Below, piece by piece: positions 1 through 9,091 of a DNA stretch of 64,000 nucleotides. The translations under genes and the position numbers were made by a program. The notes below the pieces were generated by a model. The model made no database searches. It saw nothing but the letters and a program-made list of their open reading frames with translations, and was not told where the DNA came from. The stretch covers positions 192,001 through 256,000 of the forward strand of contig JBOEGF010000005.1 in the NCBI GenBank assembly GCA_050633305.1, written 5' to 3'. How positions within the stretch are numbered: the stretch's first letter is position 1; each line of letters opens with the position of its first letter. Source of the stretch: Nannocystales bacterium. GTDB lineage: Bacteria; Myxococcota_A; Polyangia; Nannocystales; Nannocystaceae.

Positions 1-266
1 CGGACCCGCAGTTGCAATCCGACGCCCCTGTGGTCGCGGTGACCCCTGAGTATGTCGACTACTGTCTGGTGGCTCGGGGCTCGATGCCTGCGGCCCAGGT
101 CGATGCGTTGAGGACGGCATTGACCGCGCTCGATGCCGGGGTGCCGGAGCAGGCCGCGGTGTTGGAAGCGTTCGCTGCCAAGGAGTTCGTGAGCGCCGAC
201 GCGAAGGCATGGGACAGCATCCGCGGCGTCCTCACCAAGCTCGAGGCCGAAGGCGCGCTTCGGTGA
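1..266 (+). CDS. C-terminal part of a PhnD/SsuA-type ABC substrate-binding protein (putative selenate ABC transporter SBP-like), truncated by the window edge
   Basis: Frame open from the window start; TPEYVDYCLVARG...ALTALD..PEQAAVL..F.A.EFV resembles the C-terminus of PhnD-like SBPs; directly followed by ATPase and permease genes. Confidence 0.7.
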   Translation, partial: DPQLQSDAPVVAVTPEYVDYCLVARGSMPAAQVDALRTALTALDAGVPEQAAVLEAFAAKEFVSADAKAWDSIRGVLTKLEAEGALR

Positions 267-1015
267 GCCCTGCGGTCGAGCTGGAGAGGGCCTCGGTGCG
301 CTACCCGGACGGGCGCGGCATCGAGGACCTGACGGCTCGACTCGAGTCCGGACGAACCGTCGCGCTGGTTGGCCCATCGGGGGCCGGAAAGAGCACGCTG
401 CTGCGGCTCATCGCGGGCGCGGTCGCACCGGATGCTGGCCACGTGCGCACGCTCGGCCAATCTATCGCCCAGTTGCGGGGAGCGTCGTACCGAGCGGCTT
501 GTGACCGGGTGGGGCTGTTGGCGCAAGCCGACGACCTGGCACCGGGGCTTAGCGTCTTGCACAACGTCTTGGCTGGCCGACTGGGCCGATGGTCGATCGC
601 GCGGGCCCTCCGCAATCGTGTCTGGCCGCGCACCGATGATCGCCGGGCTGTAGAAGCGGCGTTGGCTGCGGCCGAACTCGCCGATCGCATCGACGCCGAT
701 CCGTCCGAACTCTCGGGCGGCGAACGGCGCCGCGTCGCGCTGGCTCGGTTGGCGTTTCAGGCCCCGACGATCTGGCTTGCCGACGAGCCCACCACCGGGC
801 TGGATGTCCGGCTTCGCGGCGACATGATGGACCTGTTGCTGACGATGGTGCGCGGGGCCAAGGCTACGGCGGTCGTTGCCCTGCACGACCTCGAGCTGCT
901 CCGCTGCGGCTTCGATGAGGTCTGGGGGCTGCGCGGTGGAGGTCTGGAGTTTGCGCTTCCCGCCGAGAAAGTCTCGAAAGCACGGCTTGCGGCGTTGTTT
1001 GGGAGCACGGCATGA
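263..1015 (+). CDS. PhnC-like ABC transporter ATP-binding protein
   Basis: Walker A GPSGAGKS, signature LSGGERRRV, Walker B LADEP, H-loop ALHD; HNVLAGRLG typical of PhnC-like ATPases; GTG at 263 overlaps the upstream TGA. Confidence 0.9.
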   Translation: MSPAVELERASVRYPDGRGIEDLTARLESGRTVALVGPSGAGKSTLLRLIAGAVAPDAGHVRTLGQSIAQLRGASYRAACDRVGLLAQADDLAPGLSVLHNVLAGRLGRWSIARALRNRVWPRTDDRRAVEAALAAAELADRIDADPSELSGGERRRVALARLAFQAPTIWLADEPTTGLDVRLRGDMMDLLLTMVRGAKATAVVALHDLELLRCGFDEVWGLRGGGLEFALPAEKVSKARLAALFGSTA

Positions 1016-2595
1016 ACCGAAAGGCCACCGTGGCCGTCGCGGTTGCGGCGGTCACGTTCATCATCGTGCTCTCCCTCGACTTCGGCGTGACGCATCCCGG
1101 GAATGCGCTCGAAGCCGTCGCGTCCCTTCTCGCGGGCATGGGCCAGCCCGACCTTCGTCCGCAGACCTTGCTGCGTGTCTCGGAGCTTGCGGCACAGACG
1201 ATCGCCGTCGCGGTGCTGGGGACCGGGTTGGGTGCTGGGCTCGGTCTGATGTTGGCCATGGTGGGGGCGACTGCCAGTGTCGGAGGCCACCGGGCTCCGG
1301 GGCGCCGAGTCTTGGCAGAGGTGTTGCGGCTGGGGCTCGACGGCCTACGAGCGATTCCCGATTTCGCCTGGGCACTCGCGCTACTCGTGGTGCTGGGCCC
1401 CGGTCCTCTCACCGGAACATTCGCGATCGCGGTGTCCGTGACCGGCATCTTGGGTCGTGCGTTCGGCCAGCTCCTCGAGTCCGTGCCTGAACACAAGGTG
1501 CAAGGAGTTGAGCGCCTGGCCGGGTCACCGATGGCGGCGGTGATTTACGGTCGCCTGCCACACATCGCACCCGCGGCGTGGTCCTACGGTCTGGCGCGCC
1601 TAGAATGCTCGATCCGAAACGCGTCTGTGATCGGAATCGTCGGCGGCGGCGGGCTCGGTGCGGAGCTGTTCGAGGAACTCGGATACGGGCGCATGGATCG
1701 GGTGGCCACGCTGTTGATGGGCCTGGTCATCCTGACGGCGGTAGCCGACGTCGGGTCCGGAATGCTGCGTCGCGGCTTGGGCGGGGTGGGTCTTCGAGCC
1801 CGTCGCTCTGCGCTGCATGCGGCGCTTCTGGTGTCTGCCGCGAGCCTGGCCTGGCTGACTCCCGCGGCGTTCGAGCTCATCGATGCGCTCGCGCGTCTCG
1901 ACCTCCGAGTGGCTGCGGCTTCCGGTGCCCGCCTTCTTCAACCCGACCTCTCGAGACAAACGCTCGGTGAAGTCTTCCGGGGTGTCGGGGCTCCGGTGGG
2001 GCTGGCCTGGCTGTCGATGGGTGCCGCCACTGGCGTCGCGTTGATGTTCCTGCCCTGGACCAGCACGGGGGTCCGGCGACGGGCCCACGGAGTCGCGGCG
2101 TCTGATTCGAGGCTTGCTGTGTTCATCGCGTGGCTGCTGCGGGGATTGGCGCTGCTGGCCCGAGCGGTACCCGAAGTTGCCTGGCTGTTGCTCTTCGCCG
2201 CCGCGCTGGGCATGGGGCCGTTGCCCGCCGTGCTGGCGTTGGGACTGCATGCGTCCGGAATCCTGGTTCGTCTGTTCACCGAAGCGGTGGACGACCGGTT
2301 CGGGACGGCTCCGCACCGGGGCATCGGTGCTGGTGCGGGGGTTGGCTGGCTTGTCTACGCGGCCCTTCCCCGACTGCGTGGCACCCTCGCCACACACACG
2401 GCCCTGCAGGCGGAGTCCAACCTTCGTTCCGCGTTCACACTCGGAATCCTCGGCGCCGGCGGCTTGGGCAACGCGTTTCATAGCGCGATTAGCTACTGGC
2501 AGCTCGAGCGCGCATCGACTCTCGCACTGGGGATGCTGGTGTTGTTTGTCGGGCTCGACCGCGCGGGGCGTCGGTTGTCGCGCCTTGTGGGTTGA
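1012..2595 (+). CDS. PhnE/PtxC-like ABC permease with two fused permease domains
   Basis: Two copies of the RAIP/RAVP...GILGR/GILVR...E..IR.A...GI.G.GGLG pattern, many TM segments; ATGA overlap with the ATPase. Confidence 0.88.
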   Translation: MNRKATVAVAVAAVTFIIVLSLDFGVTHPGNALEAVASLLAGMGQPDLRPQTLLRVSELAAQTIAVAVLGTGLGAGLGLMLAMVGATASVGGHRAPGRRVLAEVLRLGLDGLRAIPDFAWALALLVVLGPGPLTGTFAIAVSVTGILGRAFGQLLESVPEHKVQGVERLAGSPMAAVIYGRLPHIAPAAWSYGLARLECSIRNASVIGIVGGGGLGAELFEELGYGRMDRVATLLMGLVILTAVADVGSGMLRRGLGGVGLRARRSALHAALLVSAASLAWLTPAAFELIDALARLDLRVAAASGARLLQPDLSRQTLGEVFRGVGAPVGLAWLSMGAATGVALMFLPWTSTGVRRRAHGVAASDSRLAVFIAWLLRGLALLARAVPEVAWLLLFAAALGMGPLPAVLALGLHASGILVRLFTEAVDDRFGTAPHRGIGAGAGVGWLVYAALPRLRGTLATHTALQAESNLRSAFTLGILGAGGLGNAFHSAISYWQLERASTLALGMLVLFVGLDRAGRRLSRLVG

Positions 2596-2819
2596 ACCGG
2601 ACAACTCTGCGTGGAAAATGTCCTCTGGACGTCGATAAAGGGTCTGTTGACCTTAAAAGTGTGGAGGTCGCTTTGACTCTCCGCTCTGGGCATTCATGGT
2701 GGGGCTGACACTAAACTGGAAAATCACGAGATATCGCTGAAAAACGTTGCTCAAGAAACCCTCCAACGGCTCGAGGAAGGCGGAGTCCGCACGGATGTCA
2801 GCGGCCGGATGGTGAGGCA

Positions 2820-4655
2820 CTACGGTGCAAGCAGGCGGTCGATGGTCATGACCATCGCGTCTGCATCGAACTCCCGGCGCAGGTAGGCGATGGTGCCGTC
2901 TCGGTCGACAATGACGTCGAGCGGAAACGGGCTGATCGCATTGTCCGGGTCCGCGTAGTCGAAGTATGTGGTGTCGTCGCGCAGGATCGGAAAGCTGACG
3001 CCGGTTTGACCGACGAACCCGGCCAAGGTGGAGGCGGACTCATTGCCGAACAGGCCAGGGCCGCTGAGGCCCAGCACGACGACTTCGCTTTCGGGGTACT
3101 GCTGGCGGATGCGAGTTTCGAGTTCTGGAAACTCCAGAACGCAGACGGGTCAGAAGGTGGCGAAGTAGGCCAGCACGGCCACCTTTCCTTCGAGGTCCGC
3201 GTGAGTCCAGGTGTTCCCTTCGAGGTCTCGCAGCGCGAAGGACGGGGCAGGGTCGCCGACGGCAAGTCCGGGGACGTTCGCGGTCAGGGGGACTTCGAGG
3301 CGAGGTTCGTCGGGGTCGTCGCTGCAGACCCGAATCGCGCTTTGGAGCGACGCGGATGAACCCGGGCTGAGCTGGACTTCGACTGCTTTGGAGCGACCTG
3401 GTTCGACGACGAAGCACGTCTCGTCCACCGTGACGTCGGCGGACCCTGTCACATCGTGGACCGTCAGCGGGCGGGTGCCGCTGTTGGAGATGAGCAAGAC
3501 GCGGGCATCTGAGTCCGATGGTTGAACGTTGCCGAACTGCAGTGAGCTCGGGCTGAGGTCGACCTCGGGTCCTGCTGAGGCGCTGTAGGCGAATGCGTGG
3601 AGGCCGGTCCACTCTCCGCCAAACACCCTGGCCCGTGCTGCGACAGCGCCGACGGCCAGGACCCGGGAGAAGCTGTCGTCGGTGGGGACGGTCTCCGAGA
3701 ACAGGGAAACCGGGTCGGCGGGTTCGGTGAAGTCGTAGCCGCGCAAAGAGTCCCATTGCGCGACGACGATCTGTCGGGGACCCAGCAAGGCCACATCGAG
3801 CGCGGTTCCCGAGACGGGTTGCTCGGCCAGGAGAGCGGCTGCGCTGGTGTCGGCGACGTCCACGATGCTGATACCACTGGAGGTGACGACGTACGCCCTG
3901 TCGTCCTCGAGCAGCACATCGTGACTCGAGCCCTGAAGCGCTACGGTGGAGAGCAATCGGGGGTCGCGCTCCGACACGTCGAACAGGCGCAGACCGGAGC
4001 CTCCATCGGCCAGCGCGAGCAGGTCGTCCCGCAAGACGGGCTGCCATGCGTCGGTGCCTTCCTCCACCACTCGACCGGTCTCGACCACGTCTCCGTCGGC
4101 AAGCTCCAGCGCGACCAGACCATGTCCGTGCAGGGCGGCGAAGATCCGGTTCCCCCGAATCGCGACACCTTCGATCGAGCCCGAGACTGGACTCCAGCTG
4201 CCGAGGAGTTGTGGCCGACTCGGATCCGCGAGGTTGTAGATCGCGAGCCACGGGGTCGGCTGAACTTCATCTCCGCGGTTGGTGATGACGACCCGGGAGG
4301 TGTCAGGATCGAAGCCGACATGCTGGCAACGGGGAAACTGGCTGTTGGAGAGGCCGGCGCCCGGAGAGACGCGTTCGACCAACAGTTGTGGGACCTCTTG
4401 GGATGTGTCGAAGACCGAGAATCCTCGCACTCCGCTGCAGACGAGGGCGAGGTCGCCGTGGGCGAGGATGTCGGTGATCTCGAAGAAGGTGTTCGTGTTG
4501 GCGCGACCCAGGTGTTGCAAGGGGTCGACGGTCGCTCCGGGCGAGGTTGGGCACCCAGGCCGGGCCGCAGACCGACACAGAGCTGGGGCGGCGGGGTCGG
4601 GCTCGACGGCACAGCCGACCAGAGCGAAGAGCGACAGCAGGGTTCGGGCGTTCAT
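2820..4655 (-). CDS. Selenoprotein (611 aa, Sec502): lipoprotein with LVIVD-repeat propeller, Ig-like domain and C-terminal AhpC/TSA (TlpA-like) redoxin domain, UxxC motif
   Basis: ORFs 3150..4655 and 2820..3077 share a frame; TGA at 3150-3152 reads GKVAVLAYFATF-U-PVCVLEFPEL; redoxin motifs on both sides (VGDPAPSFALRDLEG; PFPLDVIVDRDG); lipobox LVGC; hairpin follows the TGA. Confidence 0.88.
3122..3140 (-). promoter_or_regulatory. Candidate bacterial SECIS element (copy 1)
   Basis: GTTCTGG-AGTTT-CCAGAAC, a perfect 7-bp stem at +10..+28 after the UGA; G at second loop position. Confidence 0.75.
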
Positions 4656-6580
4656 TCGTCGAGCAGCTGTTGAAGGGTGGTGTCCATGGCCTCGACGTCG
4701 AACTCGCGACGTAGGTACCGAATGGTTCCCGTGCGGTCCAAGATGACGTCGAGGGGGTAGGGGGAAATGGCGGCGTCGGAGAATGCAAGTTGACCCCGAG
4801 TCGTGTCCTGCATCAACAGTGGAAACGTGACCTGTGTCTGTTCGCGAAACGCGGACACGGTCGACTCTGATTCACCGCCGAACAGACCCGCGCCGGACAT
4901 GCCGAGCACGACCAGGTCGTCGCGGTGGTTGTAGCGCTGCCAGAGCTTGGTCTCGATGTCTGGAAACTCCAGACTGCAGACGGGTCAGAAGGTGGCGAAG
5001 TACGCCAGGAGGACGACCTTCCCCTCGAGGTCGGCGCGTGTCCAATCGTTGCCGTCGATGTCCTGCAGCATGAAGTCCGGCATCGGATCTCCGATGTCGG
5101 CCCCCGCTGCATTGCCATTGAATCGCAGCTCGTACTCGGGCTCGTCCGGGTCGTCGGTCTGCAACAGAAGCGAGCCGGAGGTGACGTCGTCAGAGTCCGG
5201 GGCGAACCGGAGCTCCAGGGCGTGCACACCTCCGGGGTCGACGGTGAAACACGCGTCGTCGACGGAAACGGTGTCGCGCTCCGTGGTGTACCCGTAGACG
5301 TTGAGCGGCTGGTCGCCTTCGTTGCGGACCACCACGACGCGGTCTTCGGTGTCCCCTGCTTCGATACGTCCAAACTGGACCGAGGCCGGGGCAGCCGCGA
5401 TCTCCGGCCCGGTGGCGCGAGCTTGGCTCTCGAACATGTGCATCCCGGTCCACTCGCCCGCGTACAGGCGCGGCATCTCCGGGTGGGGGGCGAGCGTCAG
5501 GACGCGAGAGAAGTCGTCTCCGGTTGGCACGACCTCCGACCACACGCGGGTGAGCTCGTTCGGTTCGTACGCCCGGACCTCGTCCCACTCGGCGCTGTAC
5601 ACGAGGCCGTTTGCGCCCAGTGCGATGGCGACCGAGGTGCCCGCGGCGGGAGCCTGGGCGGCGACGGCAGGCACCGATGGATCGGTGACGTCGAGTCGAA
5701 CGACGGAGGACGACGCGGCGACGTAGAGGGCATCGTCGTCGAGGACCAAGTCTCGACTCGAGCCGCCGAGTGCCAGCGTGCTGAGCAGGACAGGGTCGTC
5801 GCCCGAGACGTCGTACACCCGAACACCGGTCGCGCCTTCGGCGACGTAGAGGAGGCCGCCCGCGAAGACAGGGAGCCAAGCGTCCGACGCGTCGTCGGCG
5901 AACGAACCCACCTGTTCGAGCACTTCGCCGCCGGTGTCTTCGAATACGAGCACGCCAGCTGTGTGCGCGGCTGCGAAGATTCGGTCTCCGTCCCACACCA
6001 CGCCCTCGATGGACGCATCACCCGTCCACCCGCGCAGGGCGATCGGCTCTTCACGATCTTCGACGTTGTACACGTGCAGCCAAGGCTGGGGCTGAACCTC
6101 GTCACCCCGGTTGGTGATCGCGGCTCGCCGTCCTTCGGCGTCGAGGGCAACGTGTTGGCAGCGCGGGAACTGCCGGTTGGAAACCCCCGGCGGTCCGATG
6201 CGGGCGGAGACCAATGTGCCTGCGTCGTTGGAAACGTCCCACGTCATCATGCCCTGGGTGGCGGTGCAGCCGTAGACCAGCTCGCCCCGAGCTTCGAGGT
6301 CGAGGATCTCAATGAAGGTGCCGCTCTCGGCGCGGCCGCGGTGCACGAGTCCGTCGACGGTGGTGATGGGATCGGGGGCTGGACAAGCGGGTGGTGCGTC
6401 GCCACTGCTGTCGTCGGCCCCGGAGCTTCCGGTCATTCCGCCGGTCTGCGGGGTACTCGTTGCGGGGCTCGTGTCGCTTGGGCGGTCTGTACCTCCCACC
6501 GGCGCGGCGTTGCCGTCGCTGGGCCCTTGGCAGCCCGCCGCGGCGGCGCCGAGGACCGCGCTCAACACTCCAAAACGCAT
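4652..6580 (-). CDS. Selenoprotein paralog (642 aa, Sec532): lipoprotein, LVIVD propeller, Ig-like domain and AhpC/TSA redoxin domain, UxxC motif
   Basis: ORFs 4985..6592 and 4652..4909 share a frame; TGA at 4985-4987 reads GKVVLLAYFATF-U-PVCSLEFPDI; the read-through product ends in an ATGA overlap with the next gene; lipobox-like AAGC; ATG at 6580 chosen. Confidence 0.88.
4958..4974 (-). promoter_or_regulatory. Candidate bacterial SECIS element (copy 2)
   Basis: GTCTGG-AGTTT-CCAGAC, a 6-bp stem at +11..+27 after the UGA; same loop and offset as copy 1 with a compensatory U-A/G-C change. Confidence 0.75.
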
Positions 6581-6699
6581 GTTGCTGAGCAATACGGGGT
6601 CGGAGGACCCAGGTTACGTCGGGAGGGAGGACACCCGTACAGGTGCTCCAGTTCCCCAGTCCCTTGGGGCGGCCGGCCTGGCTCGCTACTGTGGTGCAG

Positions 6700-7488
6700 A
6701 TGAGAAGGACCTCCGTGGGCCTCGCCCTTGTCGTGGCCGCTGCGCCTTCGTGGGCCCTGGCGAAAGACCCCCCGCCCAAGCCGCTTCGAGCCTCGCTCGA
6801 GGTCGAGGCGGGTGAGGCCGAGGACGGCAAGGAACTCGAGGAACGCGTGAACACGGCGCTCGGAGCTCGACTCCGCAAAGCCGAAGTGTTGCCACGAAAA
6901 TCGTTGGAGGATGGCCTCATCCACGTGGAGGTGAGCCCGCTGCCCGATGGCGACGGTTACCACTACGACGTCTACGCAGAGCAGGCGGACCGAACGCTCG
7001 CAGAGACGAAGACCGAGGCCGACTGTGCGGGGTGTGATGAGGCGGCCCTGCTCGAGGCCATCGGGGTGGCCGTCGACAAGTGTCTGCCTCCGCTGGCGGC
7101 GAGCGTCGCCGAGGCGGTGGTTGAGCCCGAGGAACCCCCTGCGGCATCTGTGGCGGTCACGCCCGTGCAGAGCTCCCCGTCCGACGAGGACCGCCGGGCA
7201 GGACCGCTGGGAAAAGCTGGCATCGGGCTGATGGTTGCGGGCGCCGCGACAGCCGTGGTTGGGGTCATCTTCGTTGTGAACGGGCGTTCGTTTGACACCC
7301 GCCCCGGCGCGCTGGAGCAGGAAGGGGTCGATTTTCGCCCGCCAGGCTTCGCGTTGCTGGCCGGCGGCGTGGCGACGTTGATCACAGGAGGTGTCCTGTA
7401 CGGAGTCGACCGCAAGCGGCGGAAAAGGAAGGCCAGCGTGTCGTGGATCCCCGGGGGTGCGGCGGCGTCGATCGGAGGGCGATTCTAG
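6700..7488 (+). CDS. Hypothetical exported protein with C-terminal hydrophobic hairpin
   Basis: Signal peptide (…PSWALA), CAGC motif, Pro-rich linker, two hydrophobic segments, ends in GGRF. Confidence 0.75.
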   Translation: MRRTSVGLALVVAAAPSWALAKDPPPKPLRASLEVEAGEAEDGKELEERVNTALGARLRKAEVLPRKSLEDGLIHVEVSPLPDGDGYHYDVYAEQADRTLAETKTEADCAGCDEAALLEAIGVAVDKCLPPLAASVAEAVVEPEEPPAASVAVTPVQSSPSDEDRRAGPLGKAGIGLMVAGAATAVVGVIFVVNGRSFDTRPGALEQEGVDFRPPGFALLAGGVATLITGGVLYGVDRKRRKRKASVSWIPGGAAASIGGRF

Positions 7489-9089
7489 TGGCTCACTCCC
7501 GCCTCTTGGTGTTCGGCGCGGTGTTGCTCGCGATGGCCGCAGGCTGCCCCTTCTCTTTCACCAACGACGACCACTGCGCGGCCCAGGCTGGCGACGCGAC
7601 CTGTGCAGCCGCGAACGCGGCGACCCCGTACTGCGCGCTCGATGGGTGCGGGCTGTATGACGAGGCCGACAACATCAGCGGGTGCGTGGCCGAGCTACCC
7701 ACCGACCTGTCCTGCTACAGCCCGTGTGGCGGCAAGCAAGACGCCAACGCACAGAGCGACTGCGATGCGCCCGCGACGGAGGCGACCAGCGTCTCCTCGT
7801 CGTCGGACACAGATACGCTGACGTCCGGATCCGCTTCGACCGACGCATCGGGCACCGAGACGGACTCGTGCGCGTGCGAGGGCGACACGCCGATCTGCGT
7901 GGATGGGGAGTGTGTGGCCTGTGTCGACGATGACGCCTGTGCCCAGGCGGGGCTGCCATCGATCTGCGATGACGGACGATGTGTCGAATGCCAGCCGATG
8001 CAGGCAGACATCGCCGCGGAGGACGAATCGATAGACGGCCGTCAGTCGTATCACCAGGGCTGCTCCATCAGCGCACCGAACTGCAACACGGGTGCTTGTG
8101 TCGGGCAGTGTTTGTTCCACGACGATTGTCCTGGGAGCGGCTGTGACTTCTCGACCGGACTGTGCGGTCCCCTCGACACGCGCTTCTACGTCGACGAGAC
8201 CGCGGGTGCCGATGACCCGGAGGCTTCGGGCTCCCAAGGAGCGCCGTTTGCGACGGTCGGGTTCGCAGTCGAGCGCGTCGCGGAGGCCTCCGGCATGGGG
8301 ACGGCGATCGTGACCGTGGTCGTGTCCGAGGGGAACTACCTTGGCCCGATTGAGACCGGCGCTCGAACTGTGATCGTCATCGCCGACCCCGACGGGGACA
8401 GGCCTCAGTTCAGCGCCCCGGACGAAACGGCGGACGCGGATCCTGTCTTTGTGGTCGACGCCGACAACGCTGTCCTGTCCTTGGGCAGCGTTCGTGTCGC
8501 GAACTCGGAGCTCGTTGTTCGTGTCGCGTCGACCGGGCAGTTCTTCGGCGACGGCGTGGAGATGGTGGACAACAACTCCGCCGTGCGGCTGGAGGGGGCG
8601 GCGGGATTCGTGCGGAACTCGTTGGTGACGGGGAGCTCGGAGCCTCCCTTCGTCCTCGCGCCGAATGGTGAGCTTGGGGTCATCACGACGACCATCGTGG
8701 AGAATGCAGCGACGATTCTGTTCGAGTGCGAGGACCCAAAGGAGTTCAACCGAATCTCCCTGGCATACAGCATCGCTGGTCAGTTCGATCCTCTGCCCAA
8801 GGGGTGGTCCGTGCTCAGCCCATCGTGCGCGTTTGCTCCCGGGTATCCGGTGATCGAGGACAACGCGGTGGAGGTCGTGCCCGGTGAGGACTCGTTCGCG
8901 ACGGGCACGTTGTTCCGCCTCGACACCAACGCCTCAGAGGCCTACCGGGCCGACGAGCGGCCGGAGGCCTGTGCCGAGGGAACGCCGACCGTGGATGAGG
9001 GCTTCCTGCTGCCGTGCCCTCCGGACCGAGACGTCGACGGTGTCTTGCGGCCCGACGCGTACTGGCGAGGGTTCAGCGCAAACCCGTAA
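7488..9089 (+). CDS. Cys-rich lipoprotein with probable C-terminal beta-helix (pectin-lyase-like) domain
   Basis: Lipobox AAGC, Cys-rich repeats, Ser/Thr linker, FYVD...GSQGAPFAT...GNY motif typical of beta-helix N-caps; GTG overlaps the upstream TAG. Confidence 0.7.
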   Translation: MAHSRLLVFGAVLLAMAAGCPFSFTNDDHCAAQAGDATCAAANAATPYCALDGCGLYDEADNISGCVAELPTDLSCYSPCGGKQDANAQSDCDAPATEATSVSSSSDTDTLTSGSASTDASGTETDSCACEGDTPICVDGECVACVDDDACAQAGLPSICDDGRCVECQPMQADIAAEDESIDGRQSYHQGCSISAPNCNTGACVGQCLFHDDCPGSGCDFSTGLCGPLDTRFYVDETAGADDPEASGSQGAPFATVGFAVERVAEASGMGTAIVTVVVSEGNYLGPIETGARTVIVIADPDGDRPQFSAPDETADADPVFVVDADNAVLSLGSVRVANSELVVRVASTGQFFGDGVEMVDNNSAVRLEGAAGFVRNSLVTGSSEPPFVLAPNGELGVITTTIVENAATILFECEDPKEFNRISLAYSIAGQFDPLPKGWSVLSPSCAFAPGYPVIEDNAVEVVPGEDSFATGTLFRLDTNASEAYRADERPEACAEGTPTVDEGFLLPCPPDRDVDGVLRPDAYWRGFSANP

Positions 9090-9091
9090 CG

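Noticed and set aside
2596..2819. tRNA-Sec (selC), or a third read-through ORF (TGA at 2674-2676)
   Set aside because: No UCA anticodon arm or T-loop, no redox motif and no SECIS-like hairpin
2820..6592. Reading the region as four separate genes, or as nonsense pseudogenes
   Set aside because: The same TGA at the catalytic Cys position in two diverged paralogs, each with a conserved hairpin, is not plausible as independent decay. The short C-terminal ORFs start mid-domain.
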